A DNA stretch of 64,000 nt from Candidatus Cloacimonadales bacterium (lineage in GTDB: Bacteria; Cloacimonadota; Cloacimonadia; Cloacimonadales; JAIOQZ01): NCBI GenBank assembly GCA_963662655.2, contig CAXXTU010000002.1, forward strand, positions 1,120,001 through 1,184,000, read 5' to 3'. Within the stretch, counting starts at the first letter, position 1, and each line of letters begins with the position of its first letter. The notes below the pieces were generated by a model. It made no database searches and had not been told where the DNA came from. It worked only from the letters and a program-made list of their open reading frames with translations. Positions 59,079-64,000 of the stretch are shown in pieces. The position numbers and the translations under genes were made by a program.

Positions 59079-59528
59079 TTGAAAGAAGTTCACTTCAAGC
59101 TATTGAAGCGCTATATTGACGAGCTGATCGTCAAACAAGGGATTCTTCACGTGGAGAATCCCGACGTTATTGTGGAAAAGGTCAAGATCGACTTCCTCGT
59201 CAAGCTCGCTTTTCGATTCTACGGTAAACTCTATCGCGGCGACGTGCCCCACATCTACCTGAATCAGTGGGAATGGTTTCGCTGCACAGCATGCGAAACA
59301 CCCTGCGAGGCGTTCAAGCATTTTACCGGAAGCAATGACGAAAATCGTGAAATCCCCCGACATTGCCCATTGGGCAGAAATTCGGAAGCAACCATCCACT
59401 GTTGTAACTGCGGAAACGAGTTTGTAAGCCTCAAACCGGAGAACAAACAACTCTACATGCCGCTGTGTGACGAATGTGTTGACGTGATCGGCGAAGAGAT
59501 GGAAATCTGGGGACGCCTTTTCGATTAG
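59079..59528 (+). CDS. Hypothetical Cys-rich (probable zinc-binding) protein
   Basis: CTAC...C, HCP, CCNCG and CDEC motifs; TTG start uncertain. Confidence 0.6.
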   Translation: MKEVHFKLLKRYIDELIVKQGILHVENPDVIVEKVKIDFLVKLAFRFYGKLYRGDVPHIYLNQWEWFRCTACETPCEAFKHFTGSNDENREIPRHCPLGRNSEATIHCCNCGNEFVSLKPENKQLYMPLCDECVDVIGEEMEIWGRLFD

Positions 59529-59839
59529 GCCGTTTCCGTTTCAGCACACTTTTTATCTTGTTTGATCCGATAAACATCGGGAACGACTCTACGATTAGCC
59601 TGCCTCACACAGATAACTTCCAAGAACAGGTATATCCCAATAGAAAAGCACTCCATCAAACTTGGAGGTTGAATCCATCCTCAATCCTTCCTTCGTGACA
59701 CCTGAGCCTACATCAATCTGTCACTCTGATGCTGTGTGTTTTGCAAAGCAAAACACGGATTCTTCAAAGAGTCGAAGGGGCATTCAATGATGAATCCATC
59801 CGTCGATCCTGTTGAGAGATTCAATAAATCTCGCTTCGA

Positions 59840-61510
59840 CTAAAACAATCCCTTTATCTCTCCGTTATCATCCACATCGATGCTTAGCGCCGAAGGCTTC
59901 TTGGGAAGCCCGGGCATTCGCATGATGTCGCCGGTGATCGGAATCAAGAATCCCGCCCCAGAAGCCACAAGTATCTCCCGAACAGTCACCAGGAAATCCT
60001 TGGGCCTGCCCAGCAACTTCGGGTTGTCGGATAGTGACTTCTGCGTCTTCGCGATGCAGATGGGCAGGTGCTCCAGACCGTACTTCTGTATCTTCTTCAA
60101 GTCCTGTTTTGCCTGCGGTGTGAGATCGATGCTCTCCGCTCCGTAAATCTCGCTGGCCACCTTGAACATCTTCTTCTCGAAGGGGAGATTCCAGTCGTAC
60201 AGCGGGTTGAGCCGGCAGTAGTCGTTATCTACGAGATCGATGACCTTCTCGGCCAGCTCGATTCCGCCCTTGCCGCCCTGTCCCCAGAAATCGACGACGC
60301 TCGCTCCGAAATCCTGCCCGGCGGCATAGCTTCTCACCATCTCGAGCTCCTCCTCGGTATCCGTGGCAAAGCGGTTAATGGCCACCACTGATTTCATACC
60401 GAACTTGCGGATGTTCTCCAGGTGCTTGCCGAGATTCTCGAGCCCGGCCTCGAGCGCTTCCATGTCAGGCTCGTTCAGATTTTTCAGCGACGCCCCGCCG
60501 TGGTGTTTCAGCGCTCGCACCGTCGCCACAAGTACGACGGCATTTGTGCAAAACTGGCCGTACGGACACACGATGTCGAAGAACTTCTCCGCACCAAGGT
60601 CGAATCCGAATCCCGCCTCTGTCACAACGTAATCCGCCAGCCTGAGCGCGGTCTTGGTCGCGATGATGCTGTTGGTTCCCTGCGCGATGTTCGCGAACGG
60701 GCCTCCGTGAACGAAAGCCGGCGTGTTCTCGATCGTTTGCACGAGGTTGGGCTTGAGCGCATCCTTGAGCAGCGCGGTGATCGATCCCTCGAACCCAAGC
60801 TCCCTCACCAGAACCGGCTTCCCGTCGTATGTGTAGCCGACAGTGATATTGCCGATGCGCTCCTTGAGCTGCCTGAGGTTGTTCGAGAGGCACAGGATCG
60901 CCATGATCTCCGAGGCCGGCGTGATATCAAAGCCGTCCTCGCGCGGGATTCCCTGGCTCTTGCCGCCCAGGCCGATCACAACGTCGCGCAGCGAACGGTC
61001 GTTCACATCCAGCACCCTCTTCCAGGTGATGCGGCGCGGATCGAGCCCAAGTTCGTTATCGTTGTATACGTAGTTGTCGATGAGCGCGGCGAGAGTGTTG
61101 TTCGCCGCCGTGATGGCGTGCATGTCGCCGGTGAAGTGCAGGTTGATATCCTCCATGGGCAGCACCTGTGAGTAGCCGCCACCGGCTGCCCCGCCCTTGA
61201 TCCCGAAAACCGGTCCCAGGGATGGCTCCCTGATCGCGACGATGGTCTTCTTCCCCACCTGATTCAGCGCCTGGGCGAGTCCGATCGAGTTGGTAGTCTT
61301 GCCCTCACCGGCAGGCGTGGGCGTAATCGCGGAAACCAGAATGAGCTTCCCGAACGGCTTGTCTCTAATGCGGTCAAGCGCTTCATACTTGATCTTCGCT
61401 TTGTAGTCGCCGTAAAGTTCCAAATCCTCTGGCTGAAGGCCGATCTGCTGGGCAATCTCGGTAATGGGCTTAAGTTTCGCCTTTTGAGCGATATCGATAT
61501 CGGAGAGCAT
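59840..61510 (-). CDS. fhs: Formate--tetrahydrofolate ligase
   Basis: TPTPAGEGKTT, REPSLGP.FG.KGGAAGGGYSQV.PMEDINLHFTGD, HGGPFANIA and VTEAGFG.DLGAEKF. Confidence 0.97.
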   Translation of the reverse strand: MLSDIDIAQKAKLKPITEIAQQIGLQPEDLELYGDYKAKIKYEALDRIRDKPFGKLILVSAITPTPAGEGKTTNSIGLAQALNQVGKKTIVAIREPSLGPVFGIKGGAAGGGYSQVLPMEDINLHFTGDMHAITAANNTLAALIDNYVYNDNELGLDPRRITWKRVLDVNDRSLRDVVIGLGGKSQGIPREDGFDITPASEIMAILCLSNNLRQLKERIGNITVGYTYDGKPVLVRELGFEGSITALLKDALKPNLVQTIENTPAFVHGGPFANIAQGTNSIIATKTALRLADYVVTEAGFGFDLGAEKFFDIVCPYGQFCTNAVVLVATVRALKHHGGASLKNLNEPDMEALEAGLENLGKHLENIRKFGMKSVVAINRFATDTEEELEMVRSYAAGQDFGASVVDFWGQGGKGGIELAEKVIDLVDNDYCRLNPLYDWNLPFEKKMFKVASEIYGAESIDLTPQAKQDLKKIQKYGLEHLPICIAKTQKSLSDNPKLLGRPKDFLVTVREILVASGAGFLIPITGDIMRMPGLPKKPSALSIDVDDNGEIKGLF

Positions 61511-61901
61511 AGAACCTCCTTGCTCTAATTTTCTCTGTTATGAACAAACACAATTTCCGCTCTGACAGACCATAGAAGGAAAATCAGAAGAGGCGGAAAT
61601 TTTTCTCAGAGAGGCATCTCCGTTTGAACAGCCAGAGAAATTATGGCTTTTCAAACGGAAAACGTATTACACCTTTTCAAGAATTCGTATAAATAGGATA
61701 ATCAAATACTTGACCCTAACAAATTTTTTACATTCCGCATGCCCCTGATTTATCCTGAGGCCCGTTCAGGCACCCTGACGCATTCAATATTATGAATCTC
61801 GATATTGATTTTCTCAATATCTTTCTTGATTTATTTTATTTTCTCCTTGACATATTCAATCCACCATACACTTTTGCCTCAGATATCTAATGGAGGTTCT
61901 C

Positions 61902-62261
61902 ATGAACAAGAGACTCAGACAGTGTCCGGTATGCAATCAAGCGCTCGATATTGTAGAATACCACTGCCCGTCATGCGACATCACCATCCGCGGAAAATTC
62001 GGTATTGGCGAGCTCGCAGCTCTTTCGCAAGCGCAGCAGGAATTCGTTAAGGTATTCATCTGCTGCGGAGGAAACATCAAGGAAGTTGAAAAACGTCTGA
62101 AAATATCCTACCCTACCGTAAAGAACCGTCTGGCCGAGGTCGCATCATTCTTGTGCGACGACAGCCCTGAAGAAGATTACAGCGACGTCTTGAACGAAAT
62201 CAGCGAAGGAAACATCAGCGTGGACGACGCGCTGAAACGACTCGAGAAAACCCGGAGGTAA
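61902..62261 (+). CDS. DUF2089 family zinc-ribbon/HTH protein with SHOCT-like tail
   Basis: CPVC...CPSC...I.GKF; GNIKEVEKRLKISYPTVKNRL; ISVDDALKRL. Confidence 0.9.
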   Translation: MNKRLRQCPVCNQALDIVEYHCPSCDITIRGKFGIGELAALSQAQQEFVKVFICCGGNIKEVEKRLKISYPTVKNRLAEVASFLCDDSPEEDYSDVLNEISEGNISVDDALKRLEKTRR

Positions 62262-62263
62262 CA

Positions 62264-63682
62264 ATGCAAAAGTTGGAACACAAGCAAAATATAAGCGTAA
62301 AAGCGGAACCCACGATCAACATCGAATCGGAAAACCTCGGTGTGAAAATTACCCAGAGCGACGAACAGGAAGTCGTGCTGAAGGCGGAACTGGAATTCAT
62401 CCCGCGGCACACCGATACCGAGATTACCATCGAGGATTTTATCACAATGAAATACGATTGCGAGTCGAACGAGGTATCGGTAGAAATCGAGCACCCGGAG
62501 GTGCGCAAACTCACTGGCAAGATCGAGCTTTCCATCCCCGCGAGCTCGAAGCTGAACGTCGAAATGGAGAACGGCTCCGTTCATTTGAGAGAGCTCATCG
62601 TCACCGGCACGGTCGAGACGGAGAACGGCTCAATCCGCTTCGATAAAATCGATGGCGACATCAAGCTTATGACCGAGAACGGCCAGATTGTCGGCGAGAA
62701 GCTCAAGGGAAATCTGGAAATCGAAACCGAGAACGGCTCCTGCAAGATCGGCGAATGCGAGGGCGGCACAATCAAGATGGTTACCGAGAATGGATCCATC
62801 TCAGCCGCGCGCATGCTGTACGGTTCCGCGACCGTCGAAACGGAAAACGGAAAGATTTTCTACGACTTCATTCCGGTGGAGTCGGGCGAGTTCGACTTCA
62901 AATCGGAGAACGGTAAAATCCAGCTCATCATTCCGGAGGAGATCGAATACGACATCCGCGCATCCACCTGCAACGGCAGATTCTACGTGGGCGTCGAAGG
63001 CGACTACCGCATCAACAATACGGACTTCGGCAAGGAAATCAACAAGGTCAAGGGAAGCGGCAAGGTGAAAATCGACGCCGAAACGAACAACGGCTCCATC
63101 ATCCTGATGAACCAGTATCAGAAGCAGGACGAGTGGCAGAAGATCAACTGGTCGCACCACGTGAACAAGAACATGAAGAACGCGCTCGGGGTTGTCTCGA
63201 AAGTCATCGGAAGGATCGGAAGCGAACTGGAAAACGTCGACATCAACATCTCCCCCGAAGATCAGCAGAAAGTGATCCAGAAAATCCATATCGTTGGTGA
63301 AAAAATCAATCAGGCCGCCGAGAACATCCAGAGAAAGGCGCAGATCAGCTCCGAGAAGCTCGAAGGGCTCGACGAATTGGGCGCCGACCTCGAGAAGCTT
63401 GGCGCAGAGCTGAAAATCAAGCTCTCCGGCCTGGGCAAGGACATTTCCGAGTCTGTCCAAAAGGAGTTCAGCGATCTCCAGGATTCACCCGAATGGCAGA
63501 CCATCGTCAAGCGAGTGAAGCGCGTAAAGCGGCACGAACACCACGCGCATCACGACCATCAAAGGCGCCACGAGCACAAGGTCGAGGATGTTCAGCAGAG
63601 TCGCCTGCAGATACTCCAGATGCTGCAGGAAGGCAAGCTGTCTGTCGAAGAGGCCGAAAAGCTCCTCAAGGCTATCGATTAA
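62264..63682 (+). CDS. DUF4097 (toastrack) beta-repeat protein with coiled coil and C-terminal SHOCT-like domain
   Basis: Repeated (T/S/M)ENGxI strands; SRLQILQMLQEGKLSVEEAEKLL. Confidence 0.85.
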   Translation: MQKLEHKQNISVKAEPTINIESENLGVKITQSDEQEVVLKAELEFIPRHTDTEITIEDFITMKYDCESNEVSVEIEHPEVRKLTGKIELSIPASSKLNVEMENGSVHLRELIVTGTVETENGSIRFDKIDGDIKLMTENGQIVGEKLKGNLEIETENGSCKIGECEGGTIKMVTENGSISAARMLYGSATVETENGKIFYDFIPVESGEFDFKSENGKIQLIIPEEIEYDIRASTCNGRFYVGVEGDYRINNTDFGKEINKVKGSGKVKIDAETNNGSIILMNQYQKQDEWQKINWSHHVNKNMKNALGVVSKVIGRIGSELENVDINISPEDQQKVIQKIHIVGEKINQAAENIQRKAQISSEKLEGLDELGADLEKLGAELKIKLSGLGKDISESVQKEFSDLQDSPEWQTIVKRVKRVKRHEHHAHHDHQRRHEHKVEDVQQSRLQILQMLQEGKLSVEEAEKLLKAID

Positions 63683-63695
63683 CGCAAGGGAGAAC

Positions 63696-64000
63696 ATGAT
63701 GGAAGGTCGCAAAAGAATCCTGCAACTGGTCGCGGAGAACAAAATATCTCCCGCGGAAGCCTCCAGGCTCATCCACGCGCTGATCGAGAAGCAAATGATG
63801 GCGGAAAAGGCCCGTCAGTTTGTAATCAGCGTATGGAAGGAGAACGAAGAAAAACCCTCGATGCTGCTCAAGATTCCCATCAAGATGATCCAGCTCGGAG
63901 CGCGGTTCATCCCGCTGAAGGCCCACGTGGGTCTCACTGTGGACTGCAACGAGTTCGATTTCAGCGCCGTGAACTGGACGGAGATTTTCGAGATCGCCGC
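63696..64000 (+). CDS. 3'-truncated SHOCT-like domain protein
   Basis: Not in the ORF track because it runs off the window. AAGGGAG SD, then MMEGRKRILQLVAENKISPAEASRLIHAL... Confidence 0.75.
   Translation, partial: MMEGRKRILQLVAENKISPAEASRLIHALIEKQMMAEKARQFVISVWKENEEKPSMLLKIPIKMIQLGARFIPLKAHVGLTVDCNEFDFSAVNWTEIFEIA

Overview
Bacterial chromosome segment, probably from a diderm FCB-group organism. Candidatus Cloacimonadota is the best guess, inferred only from the style of the many C-terminal 'NxPNPFNP...IYNxxGQxV...SGVY...LLLK' sorting domains. Housekeeping content: tRNA-Pro, tRNA-Val, three glycosyltransferases, gdhA, xerD, guaB, fhs. The largest block is a ~16 kb minus-strand alpha-glucan (starch/glycogen) locus with no SusC/SusD pair. 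It encodes a six-CBM48 GH13 lipoprotein, two predicted outer-membrane barrels (one fused to CBM48), a PorV-like barrel next to CTD cargo, CBM lipoproteins and an ABC importer with binding protein fused to permease. A secreted GH57/GH119-like enzyme lies nearby. Also present: an AmmeMemoRadiSam cluster whose proteins carry export-like N-termini; an HTH/pseudo-peptidase regulator beside three palindromic operator-like sites; sigma54-driven fliD-fliS with a double-domain FlgM; and a DUF2089/DUF4097/SHOCT operon. Two families of dispersed intergenic structured elements are unexplained by annotation: a covarying long hairpin (2 copies) and a four-way-junction element with GNA mini-hairpins (3 copies). 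All family assignments are by eye from motifs; no searches were run.
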